In this document: positions 15,712 through 24,619 of the stretch, in pieces | How positions within the stretch are numbered: the first letter of the stretch is position 1 | Layout: every line of letters starts with the position of its first letter | Assembly (NCBI RefSeq): GCF_008000775.2 | Contig: NZ_CP042905.2 | Location: forward strand, 4,110,001 to 4,142,000 | Length of the DNA stretch: 32,000 nt | Direction: 5' to 3' | DNA from: Promethearchaeum syntrophicum | Lineage (GTDB): Archaea; Asgardarchaeota; Lokiarchaeia; Sigyniarchaeales; Promethearchaeaceae | Notes under the pieces: model-generated | What the model was told of the DNA's origin: nothing | Database searches by the model: none | What the model saw: the letters and a program-made list of their open reading frames with translations, nothing else | Position numbers and translations under genes: made by a program

Positions 15712-17709
15712 TTATTTATCCTCCAAGTGTTTTCTGACAAATTCATTCATATTTTTTCCAGAATGAGCTCTTTTTATTTTTCTCATCAAGATACCAGTAA
15801 TTTGGTTTATTTTATATTGTTTGTTTAAGTCCACAAACAGTTGCTCTTTTAATTTAATTTTGTTTTTCTTTAGTTGGTTCTTATTATATTCATCCAGAGC
15901 ATCAGTAAACATTTTTTCAAGTTCATTTTCTCCAATTTTTATAATATCTAAATCAGATAAAATCTGTTGGACACTTTTTTCTGAAGATTTAACTTTTTCT
16001 TTTAAGATTTTTGGAATCACACTATTATCGTATAACTCTTGTTGTGCTCCTTTAATTACTTCTTTAATATTTTCAAATGAAATTTTATTTATCTCAATCC
16101 CTTCTCTTTGGAGAGCTTTTAGGGTTTCTTCAAGAATTTTATAGACCAATTTAGGATTAAATCCATTTTCCATTAATTTCTCAAAATCTTTGAGTCGATT
16201 AGTTCTAATAAGCTGTTTTAATTGTTCAAAAGTCAATCCATATTTCTCACAATATTCGTTTTCAATTTCCCACGGTCTTTTTCCAACTTTTTCTTTCAAT
16301 GCATAGACTTTATCCATATCCATATCGATAATTGGGGTATCGGTATCAGGATAGAGGCGATCTTTGCCATGGATTACGCGTAGGAATTCAGAATTCCCAT
16401 CAAGCAATGCTCTTCTAGTTTCTTGGGGGACTCCATTTGGAGCAATCTTTATTCGTTCTATGATCTTTTTCAACCCATGTATACACCATTTTTGGGATCC
16501 AAGAACTAAAGCGTAGGCATCACCATTTTTAACGTTAAGTGCTAATTTTATTTCTTTATCTAGTTCTTTAGTCATATTTGAGAAAAAGAAATTATCTGTA
16601 GCATTTTTATGTTGTTTTCTTAGAGAGTTTAGATTCATTTCATCTGAACTAAACATATTTTTCATTAGAAGTCCAGTAATCAGGGCTGTCTTCTCAAATA
16701 TATCTTGAATAAAATCCTTTTTAGGTTGAATTTCCAAACCCAAAATCCCATCTAACTTAGGTAATCGTATACCCATTACAATAAAATCATCTGGAATTTT
16801 AGCAGCTTTAAACTTATCTGTGAGTTCAAAATACGTATGTTCTACTTCATTAATATCAAAATCTCGATCTTTTAACATTTGTGCAATTTTAATAAGCATA
16901 TCTTGGCGGAGGCATTCATGTGAACACCATTTTTGGAATAATGATAGATCTTGAACTCCTTTTAATTCTACCCTATCTCCTCCCGCTATGCTTATATTAA
17001 CATCTTGTCTTGCAGAACCAATCCCTCTTCTCCCAATACCGCTCAATCTTAAAGTTAATCCAATTATCTCAGCTAATTTTAATAAATCCTTAGGATTATC
17101 ACAATCTCGATGATCCGTAATGACTTCTACTAAAGGTATCCCCAATCGATCTAAATTATAGTATACCGTACGCCCGTAATTTTCTGTTTTAATTCGCCTA
17201 GCTGCATCTTCTTCGATTGTGAGGTTGGTAATCCCCATTTTTTTATCATTAACATAGGTATAACCATCACGAGCCACAATTGTAGTTCGTTGAAACCCGG
17301 TTGTTATAGATCCATCAAGATATTGTTTTCGAGCGAAAATAATTTCATCAACCATAGCAGACATATCAAACCAATGAGCTAATTCATAGCCTTTAAGTAT
17401 TGCTTCTTCATCTGGCCAATATGGTGGCATTTCATCTTGTTCATAAATACAATCCACATCTTCAAACGCATGATAAATACAACGATAACCCTTTTCGTAC
17501 TCTATTAACATTCCAGGATCATAATCCCCCATTTCACCTAATACAGGGCGAAAATAGCGTTCAAATCTATAATCTGGTTCAGTGGTGCTCTTTACCATTT
17601 CGGGTTTACAATTACAAAATAATTTTCTCTTTGTCTTAATCTGATGATGTACTTCAAGCCCCGCATGAAAACCGAGACTTTGATAATCTAATTCTTTTGG
17701 ATCCAGCAT
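15712..17709 (-). CDS. gatE: Glu-tRNA(Gln) amidotransferase subunit E, copy 1
   Basis: Motifs LGFHAGLEVHHQI..KLFCNC, GFQRTTIVA, IEEDAARRIK, RQDVNISI, VELKGVQ, GVPQETRR, RLYPDTDTP, with a C-terminal YqeY-like tail. ATG 17709 (MLDPKELDYQSLG) is preferred over the TTG at 17760. Confidence 0.9.
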   Translation of the reverse strand: MLDPKELDYQSLGFHAGLEVHHQIKTKRKLFCNCKPEMVKSTTEPDYRFERYFRPVLGEMGDYDPGMLIEYEKGYRCIYHAFEDVDCIYEQDEMPPYWPDEEAILKGYELAHWFDMSAMVDEIIFARKQYLDGSITTGFQRTTIVARDGYTYVNDKKMGITNLTIEEDAARRIKTENYGRTVYYNLDRLGIPLVEVITDHRDCDNPKDLLKLAEIIGLTLRLSGIGRRGIGSARQDVNISIAGGDRVELKGVQDLSLFQKWCSHECLRQDMLIKIAQMLKDRDFDINEVEHTYFELTDKFKAAKIPDDFIVMGIRLPKLDGILGLEIQPKKDFIQDIFEKTALITGLLMKNMFSSDEMNLNSLRKQHKNATDNFFFSNMTKELDKEIKLALNVKNGDAYALVLGSQKWCIHGLKKIIERIKIAPNGVPQETRRALLDGNSEFLRVIHGKDRLYPDTDTPIIDMDMDKVYALKEKVGKRPWEIENEYCEKYGLTFEQLKQLIRTNRLKDFEKLMENGFNPKLVYKILEETLKALQREGIEINKISFENIKEVIKGAQQELYDNSVIPKILKEKVKSSEKSVQQILSDLDIIKIGENELEKMFTDALDEYNKNQLKKNKIKLKEQLFVDLNKQYKINQITGILMRKIKRAHSGKNMNEFVRKHLEDK

Positions 17710-17970
17710 ATTTATACCACCATTATATCCTTGAATTTGGTTTTTGATAATGGTATACAACTTTCCTTGATTTGGAAAGTTATTGCTTTTTTAAAAAGTC
17801 GTGGTTTTTTCGTAATTATCAGTATGTGGAAGAAAAAAGATTTTTTTTCGTAACGTTTAGTACAAAAGAGAATATTAATATACTTTGATGATGATAGTTT
17901 AACGACACGTTTATTTCAAATTTAATGGAAGTTTTTACCGAAATAGAACGTGTAAGGTAGGAAATTAAAA

Positions 17971-18363
17971 ATGCCGATTGTAACACTAATAGAATATTGG
18001 CCTGCAAAATATTTTGGCTCTGAAGAAGAACAAGCTTGTATGGAACATGAATTTAAATTATATGGTCCAGTAGAAATGAAAGAAAAAGAATGGGGAATTG
18101 AACGTCTAGTCGTCTGTAGTCAATGGGAAGGTAGTAATGCCCGAACTATAGGAGTATATAAAATTCCTCCAACACATCTCAATGATTGGATTATGGATAA
18201 TGCTAAACGAAATTCCATCTACTACATGAAATTGGATGGGTTCGATTCAGAATATGAAATATGGGCTTCTGGCGAAGAATTGAATGATGTATTTAAAGAT
18301 GAACCATTTTATAAGAAAAGAATGGCTAATTACCAAGTATTATTTGAAAAATATAGTAAATGA
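17971..18363 (+). CDS. Hypothetical cytoplasmic protein (130 aa)
   Basis: ATG start, protein-like composition, no motif recognised. Divergent from gatE-1. Confidence 0.5.
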   Translation: MPIVTLIEYWPAKYFGSEEEQACMEHEFKLYGPVEMKEKEWGIERLVVCSQWEGSNARTIGVYKIPPTHLNDWIMDNAKRNSIYYMKLDGFDSEYEIWASGEELNDVFKDEPFYKKRMANYQVLFEKYSK

Positions 18364-18514
18364 GATTATTTCATATATCTTTTTTTTATTTTTAGATTTA
18401 TTAGATCTACTTTTCTGGGGTTTAAACTAACTATAAGTATTTTGAATCGAGAAAAACTTTTATAAGAATAGAACGAATGTAAAATAATTTACGGATTATT
18501 ATGGAGACAATATT

Positions 18515-19057
18515 ATGAATTCAGAAGAAGTAAAAGAAAAGACAAGTTTTGCAATTCAATTGCAAAAGAGACAGATTAAATTTGCAATTATTTGTATATT
18601 CTTTAGTGGATTAGCGGGTGTATTTTTCCGCGAATTTGGGCGTGCTTTTTCTAGTGGACTTTCGAGTTTAGAAGCAATGCATGCGACATTAGCTTTGAGT
18701 CAAACTCATGGACACCTTTTAAATATTGGATTTCTAGTTCCATTAGGATTAGCACTGATCACTTTCTTTGTGAAAGATAAATTAGATGAAAAAGATATGA
18801 AAAAATTAAATCTATGGTTTACAATTTCTATGATAGCAGGTATAGGAACGATTCTTCTCTTGTTCTATAAAGGTATTCATTTTGTGGTTTATTCCAGCTC
18901 ACAATTTGACTTTTCAATCACCGAAATTGATGATTTACTCTATGGAGGAAGTAAAATGATTAGAGCTATGTTAAACGCTATATTTCATACGAGTTATGGA
19001 GGTTCTATTCTTCTTTACACAATTCCAATATTAAAGAGTTTGAAAAAATTGAAGTGA
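18515..19057 (+). CDS. Hypothetical polytopic membrane protein (180 aa, ~5 TM)
   Basis: Hydrophobic helices include FAIICIFFSGLAGVFF, LLNIGFLVPLGLALITFF and ISMIAGIGTILLLFY, plus a conserved-looking QTHGHLLN segment. No confident family assignment. Confidence 0.55.
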   Translation: MNSEEVKEKTSFAIQLQKRQIKFAIICIFFSGLAGVFFREFGRAFSSGLSSLEAMHATLALSQTHGHLLNIGFLVPLGLALITFFVKDKLDEKDMKKLNLWFTISMIAGIGTILLLFYKGIHFVVYSSSQFDFSITEIDDLLYGGSKMIRAMLNAIFHTSYGGSILLYTIPILKSLKKLK

Positions 19058-19161
19058 ATTTTACCTTTATTCTTAATAATAATACCTGATGTGAAAAATA
19101 CCAACTGATATTTTAACATCTTATTTCTATATTGCATTTTCATAATAGGCTTATTCAAAAA

Positions 19162-19989
19162 CTATAAATCAAAATTGATAATAGACTTATTATAGTGATC
19201 ATAAGGATGATGATTCTTACTTCTTATCGACCAAATAGCTGTGGTTGGGCATAAATTAACACAACCATTACAACCAACACATTTCCATTCATTAAATTTT
19301 GGTATTTTTGAAACTGTGAGGGTTATTGCACCACTTGGACAGATTGTAGTAGCACAAAGCCCACACATTTTGCATTTTGATTTATCTACATGTTTTAATC
19401 CAACAGTTAATGCCATTTCCCAGCGCCAAGTAAAAAATATTGACCATATTGAAGTTACTATCTGAAAATTAGGAATCCACTTCTTATTTTTCGAAAAAGA
19501 ACTCAAATTTTTGATTTTTTCCAAACGATCCAGAATTAAATTCCCAAATTGTTGCGCTTGTTCACAATCCCCATGATTTAATCCCCAAAATTTTGGTTTT
19601 GGACTTGAAAGTTTGGGCATCCAAGATCGAATATTTGTAATTCCGATTCCATCTATAAAACCTAAACAATACCCCCCCGTTCGCTTAACACTCTTATAAA
19701 GATTCCATAATGTATTACCTGGCATTCCACCACTAGTACAGAAGAGAAAAAAAGGTTTTTTCTGGAAATCTTGATGGTGTAAAATCCTAGTTACCAATCG
19801 AGGAGCGCGAAACGAATATGTTTGAGAACCAATTCCAACAATATCATATTTTGTTAGATCTACTTGTAAATCACTTTTGATGCGTATTAAATCTACAACA
19901 TTTTTATGATATTGAAATCCTTTGGCAATTTCGGTAGCGAAATTTGCAGTAATACCAGTCCCGGAAAAAAATAAAAGAGCAACTTTCAT
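19162..19989 (-). CDS. Flavodoxin-like domain fused to a 2x[4Fe-4S] ferredoxin domain
   Basis: The N-terminus MKVALLFFSGTGITANFA is a flavodoxin-type phosphate loop. The C-terminus has two CxxCxxCxxxCP motifs: CKMCGLCATTICP and CVGCNGCVNLCP. Confidence 0.75.
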   Translation of the reverse strand: MKVALLFFSGTGITANFATEIAKGFQYHKNVVDLIRIKSDLQVDLTKYDIVGIGSQTYSFRAPRLVTRILHHQDFQKKPFFLFCTSGGMPGNTLWNLYKSVKRTGGYCLGFIDGIGITNIRSWMPKLSSPKPKFWGLNHGDCEQAQQFGNLILDRLEKIKNLSSFSKNKKWIPNFQIVTSIWSIFFTWRWEMALTVGLKHVDKSKCKMCGLCATTICPSGAITLTVSKIPKFNEWKCVGCNGCVNLCPTTAIWSIRSKNHHPYDHYNKSIINFDL

Positions 19990-20120
19990 TATATTTCAAA
20001 AACTTTGATCATTTATTAAAATAAATGAATTGTAAATTAAGAAAAAAAAATTCATCCATGTTTGAGTACAAGCATAGTGAATATATAATAATTTTTTATA
20101 ATTGAACGAATTCAATAAAG

Positions 20121-20486
20121 TTAATTTATTTCTAATCTTTGGGCATCTTTATAGGGATCAGGGCAATCAACTGGAACATCTACTGTCAATATCCCATTAT
20201 CATATCTTGCAATCGATTTTTCATCTAATTTGGCCGTACAAGAGAATAAATATTCTGAAACAAAGTCTGTACTCTCATTGCGATGAGCAATCATCCTAAT
20301 TCTGTCTTTTGTGACATCCAAATGAATTTTATCCTTTTCTACTCCAGGAATTTCGAAAGTTAATGTTTCGACATTCCCTTTATCATCTTCATCTGAGCAC
20401 CCACAGTCACAAGTCGGACAAGCTGGTACCCATATTTTTCTTTTAAAAGTGGTTTTTTTCGTTTCTTTAGTTTTTTCTTTATCCAT
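20121..20486 (-). CDS. Hsp20/alpha-crystallin-domain protein with N-terminal Cys cluster
   Basis: 121 aa. TLTFEIPGVEKDKIHLDVTKDRIRMIA and SIARYDNGILTVDVP match the ACD beta-strand pattern. The N-terminal CPTCDCGC cluster is unusual for sHSPs. Confidence 0.6.
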   Translation of the reverse strand: MDKEKTKETKKTTFKRKIWVPACPTCDCGCSDEDDKGNVETLTFEIPGVEKDKIHLDVTKDRIRMIAHRNESTDFVSEYLFSCTAKLDEKSIARYDNGILTVDVPVDCPDPYKDAQRLEIN

Positions 20487-20730
20487 TATTTTTCACCTTA
20501 GAACATTTGGAATTTTCGGATATATTAATAGATTTCACCAAAAACTCATTCAAATAGATACCTCTTACAGTTTAAAAGGGGAATAAGCGAATAACTAATA
20601 AAAAATTATTAATGATTTTAATCAAGGATAGTATTATCAAAAGTCTACATTTTTTTTTCAATAACGTTTTGTAAATTTTAATAATTTTCAATTAAATTTG
20701 TACTCGAAAAAAAAAATTTTGCATCTTTCA

Positions 20731-21057
20731 CTAGCCACCACCCACTGGAGGAAAAATAGCTACAATAGACTTATTCTTAGTAATCGGAGTATCTAAAATA
20801 TTTTCTCCCATCAAAATTCTCCCGTCAATTAATATTTTTACATATGGAAGAATATCATTTTTCTCAAAATCAATGATGTTTCGAAGAAACTCAGGTCCAT
20901 TAGGATATTTTTCGTTAATAATATGCAAAAAATCTCTAATTGAAGATCCTTTTAAGATATCTATGAAAACTATCTTGAATCCTAAAATATCGCGTAGATT
21001 TGCGAATATCCTGAATTCAATTTTAATTATTTCTTGCATAATCCTATCAATTGTCAT
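20731..21057 (-). CDS. MoaD/ThiS-family ubiquitin-like sulfur-carrier protein
   Basis: 108 aa ending in ...AIFPPVGGG-stop (C-terminal di-glycine). It starts 15 nt downstream of the radical SAM gene stop. Confidence 0.7.
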   Translation of the reverse strand: MTIDRIMQEIIKIEFRIFANLRDILGFKIVFIDILKGSSIRDFLHIINEKYPNGPEFLRNIIDFEKNDILPYVKILIDGRILMGENILDTPITKNKSIVAIFPPVGGG

Positions 21058-21072
21058 AATTGTTTTAAAATT

Positions 21073-22377
21073 TTAAAATATACAATTCACTAAGCCAACA
21101 CTATAAAGACATTCATTACACCCTGGACTATTCCCATAACAATCAGAATCGTTGTTTGAAACAAAAAAACAGTTGGTTGTTGAATAAAGACAATCTCCAG
21201 ACCAAGGAATATTTTTTGAGATATTTAGTAATATTTTTCGAAAATTATAATAGTCTTTCCCTTGAACAATTTCATCTAAAGATTCAGTGTGTAAATTACC
21301 AAATGACAATTCCTTTACATATCTTTCATGATTATTTATAAAAACCTTATGATTATGGAGGAAATTATAACATGTTGCAACATCACCATTAACTCTAACA
21401 ATAATTGCATTTCGACTAACATATGGACACACTCTCTTACTAAGCATTGGAAATATCTCGGGTAGTTCTAAATAAACCTTATTTTTTTTTGCTAATCCCC
21501 TTGTTTTATTAAAAACTCTTTCCGTTTCAATAGCTAAATCAAATTTTTTGCTGGCATCAAAAATAAGAGGAGGATTGGTTTCGATTCCATGTTCTCGAAT
21601 TCTTTTCCAAATATCTTCAACATTATTAGTTGCCTTTATTAACGCATCTGTAGATACTTCTGCTCCTACGGGATCAAACATAGTTTTTTGGAAGATTTCC
21701 CATCCTTTACCAACTATCTCTTGTGAAATTTCCCAAGATTCTTTTGATACTGTAAAATAAAGGGTTTCTAAAAGCATACTTTCATCATATGGTAAAACAT
21801 GCGAAACATAAATTGAATCAACATTAAATTCGGAACAATATTCAATAAGATATGGGAGATCGTGCAGATTTGATCGCATAATTACAGTTTCAATAGCTAA
21901 TTCTGCTATTTTTCCTTCTTTTCTTTGTTTGGATAGATATTGAAAATTGCTTGTAATCTGATCTTCTTGGATCCCCGAACGAATTTCTTTTAGTTTCATA
22001 AAATTCGAGGTATCGAATGAAACAATAATTTTATTTATGTTATTCAATAAAATTTTATCAATTTTCTCGGGGGTTAATAAGGATCCATTAGTTGTAAAAT
22101 CAATTTTGCCATCTTTAGGTAGATATTTCCGAGAATATTTGACAAGTTTTTCAAAATCTGGATGCATTAAGGGTTCTCCATGACCATAAAGCACAACTTT
22201 TTTTATTTTTGGAAAAATCTGTTCAGCCATTGCTTCAAATTGCTCAAGAGGCATATTTTGATAATGACCTTTCTGAAAATTTCGTAAACACATTTTGCAA
22301 TGAAAGTTGCAGTTGGTTGTAATCTCTATTTGAACAATATCGGGATAAAAAGGAGATTTTTCTTCAAAATATTGCAT
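21073..22377 (-). CDS. Radical SAM / SPASM-domain protein (tungsten-cofactor oxidoreductase maturase-like)
   Basis: 434 aa. CX3CX2C motif TNCNFHCKMC near the N-terminus. C-terminal Cys-rich auxiliary-cluster region (CPYV...NGDVATC ... CLYSTTNC ... CYGNSPGCNECLYSVGLVNC). Located between AOR and MoaD-like genes. Confidence 0.8.
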   Translation of the reverse strand: MQYFEEKSPFYPDIVQIEITTNCNFHCKMCLRNFQKGHYQNMPLEQFEAMAEQIFPKIKKVVLYGHGEPLMHPDFEKLVKYSRKYLPKDGKIDFTTNGSLLTPEKIDKILLNNINKIIVSFDTSNFMKLKEIRSGIQEDQITSNFQYLSKQRKEGKIAELAIETVIMRSNLHDLPYLIEYCSEFNVDSIYVSHVLPYDESMLLETLYFTVSKESWEISQEIVGKGWEIFQKTMFDPVGAEVSTDALIKATNNVEDIWKRIREHGIETNPPLIFDASKKFDLAIETERVFNKTRGLAKKNKVYLELPEIFPMLSKRVCPYVSRNAIIVRVNGDVATCYNFLHNHKVFINNHERYVKELSFGNLHTESLDEIVQGKDYYNFRKILLNISKNIPWSGDCLYSTTNCFFVSNNDSDCYGNSPGCNECLYSVGLVNCIF

Positions 22378-22454
22378 TAATAACTCACAGACTCCGATTC
22401 CTTTTTAAATAATTCATTAAAAGTTAAAAAAAAAAAGAAAATTTAATTAATTTT

Positions 22455-24308
22455 TTATAAACTCAATTCAAGTTCCAGCAATTTTTCAGGTGTAGGAATA
22501 CCTTCAGAGGTCCACCCTCGTAATTTATAATATTCAGGTAACATTTTCCCTAAATCTTCAATTTCTCCTTTTGATGGTCCATCAGGTAATGGAACTTCTA
22601 ATAAGCGCTTGGGCAGAGTATCTTGATTCTTGATACCTAGTTTACCCATAATTAGCCGTTCTAAGTTGTAAATACGCTCCCCTATGAGTAATACATCAGA
22701 ATCTTTAATATCCCAGCCAGTTGTTGTGGTTAAAAGATCTCCAAAATCAGCAGCCCCCAAAGCAAATGTTGTAAATAAGCAATTCACAACAGAATTTACG
22801 GTGCTAGTAAAGTCTTGGAAAATTTTTACCCAAAGTGCTTTACCTTCATAAGAAAGGCGATCTAATTGTTCGGGTAAGCCCACTACTTCCGGAGCAATAG
22901 TATAACCCGTAACATGGCAGCCTCCTCGATTTGATGTAGCATAATTTAATCCAATTCCTTTAACTCCCCTCGGATCATAGGCAGGAGCTTCTAAACCTTT
23001 CATAGACATCGATAGTTCTGGATGTCCATACATTGTCGCTAATTTTCGGGAACCTAAAGCTAATTTTTTACCAAATCCGGAGTTCAATCCCATTAATTTA
23101 ACACTTTCCACTAATCCAGCCCCACTTCCAAATTTCAAATCAAGTCCTGCATAATCTTCTGCAGGAATATATCCTTTTTCTGCAAGTTCCATTGCACACG
23201 CAATAGTTGAGCCAGCAGTAATAGTGTCAAGACCATATTTATTACATAAATGATTTGCCATAATTATTGCAGCTAAATCCATGACACCACAAGAATTCCC
23301 AAATGCCCAAATGGATTCATACTCAGGTCCTTCAGAATAATCAAGTTTGAAAGGACCTTCTTTAACTGATACAACCCTTCCACAACTAATAGTGCAACCC
23401 CAACAAGGCATATTCTTAATCAAATAATCTTTTGCGAGAGTTTCTCCACTAATCATATCGGCTTTTTCATTATAAGCACTTTGCCAATTATTAAATGGAA
23501 GAGCTCCAATATTATTTATTATATTTACTAAAACTGCAGTTCCATAAGTTGGAAGCCCCGTCCCAGTTACACCATTTTCTTTTAACGATGCATAACAACG
23601 TTTTGAAATTTCTTTAAATGCCTCTGGTTTAGCTATTTCAACTTTAGCTTCTCCACCAACTATAATCGCTTTCAAATTTTTAGAACCCATTACAGCCCCT
23701 ACACCAGTTCTACCCGCAGCCCGATGTTCATCATTGATAATACATGCAGTAGGGAGCAAATTTTCCCCAGGTTGAGCTATGCATGAAACGCTTAAATTTA
23801 AACCCTCAATATTATGTTTCTCTTTAAGGAGAGCATCCGTTTCAAATGCATTTTTACCCCATAATTCGGAAGCATCTTCAAGTTTTAATTCTCCATTAAT
23901 TACAACAAGATATTTTGGTGTCTCTGCTTTTCCTTCAACAATAATTCCATCATATCCTGCCATTTTCAAGTATGCCCCCCAGCTTCCTCCTGAATTTGCC
24001 GAACCAATTGAACCTGTTAATGGAGCCTTAAGTGTCATAACATGATGTCTTCCAGAGCATGGAAATCCGGTGACTGCAGTTCCTGGTCCTGTAGCAAAAA
24101 CGAGGAGATTATCCGGTGAGAGTGCATCTAATTCAGCTATGTTAATTCCTTTTGCTTCAAGTTTTTTTAGGTGATCCCAGATTAATCGAGTCCCAATCCC
24201 TTTCCCACCTAAGAATTTCTTGAAGTAATTTTCATCTATATCTGCGATACCAATTATTCCCTTACTTAAATTTACCGTCGCAAATTTTCCCATAAAACCA
24301 TTTGCCAT
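22455..24308 (-). CDS. aor: Aldehyde:ferredoxin oxidoreductase family tungstopterin enzyme
   Basis: N-terminus MGKFATVNLSKG...FLGGKGIGTRLIW, [4Fe-4S] motif CWGCTISCGR, and pterin-region motif SNRGGCHVTGY. The ATG at 24308 or 24293 is preferred over the TTG at 24344. Confidence 0.9.
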   Translation of the reverse strand: MANGFMGKFATVNLSKGIIGIADIDENYFKKFLGGKGIGTRLIWDHLKKLEAKGINIAELDALSPDNLLVFATGPGTAVTGFPCSGRHHVMTLKAPLTGSIGSANSGGSWGAYLKMAGYDGIIVEGKAETPKYLVVINGELKLEDASELWGKNAFETDALLKEKHNIEGLNLSVSCIAQPGENLLPTACIINDEHRAAGRTGVGAVMGSKNLKAIIVGGEAKVEIAKPEAFKEISKRCYASLKENGVTGTGLPTYGTAVLVNIINNIGALPFNNWQSAYNEKADMISGETLAKDYLIKNMPCWGCTISCGRVVSVKEGPFKLDYSEGPEYESIWAFGNSCGVMDLAAIIMANHLCNKYGLDTITAGSTIACAMELAEKGYIPAEDYAGLDLKFGSGAGLVESVKLMGLNSGFGKKLALGSRKLATMYGHPELSMSMKGLEAPAYDPRGVKGIGLNYATSNRGGCHVTGYTIAPEVVGLPEQLDRLSYEGKALWVKIFQDFTSTVNSVVNCLFTTFALGAADFGDLLTTTTGWDIKDSDVLLIGERIYNLERLIMGKLGIKNQDTLPKRLLEVPLPDGPSKGEIEDLGKMLPEYYKLRGWTSEGIPTPEKLLELELSL

Positions 24309-24619
24309 ATTTATCACTAAAATTAATTTTGTATAATTATTCAAAAAAAAATATTACCGTTTTTTATATTAAAGGAATGCAAATAAAAGTCTTATTACAT
24401 TTTATGTATAATTTTGACGTTATGGTTAAGTAAACATATCGGTAAAACGATGACTGTAATAAAAAAGGGTAGTGTAGTTACATATTTTTGATCGGAAGTA
24501 AAACAAACGTGATGAAAAAACTGCATTCAATTTTTTGTAACTGTTTTGAAAATTTTAACAACTTTCAAATATAATTTATATATATTAAAGTAAAGATTTT
24601 GTTAGAAAGGTCGTTTAAA

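Noticed and set aside
14450-17639. Track ORFs 14450..14680, 15821..16144 and 17400..17639 (+), antisense to gatD-1/gatE-1
   Set aside because: They are shadow ORFs within highly conserved genes on the other strand.
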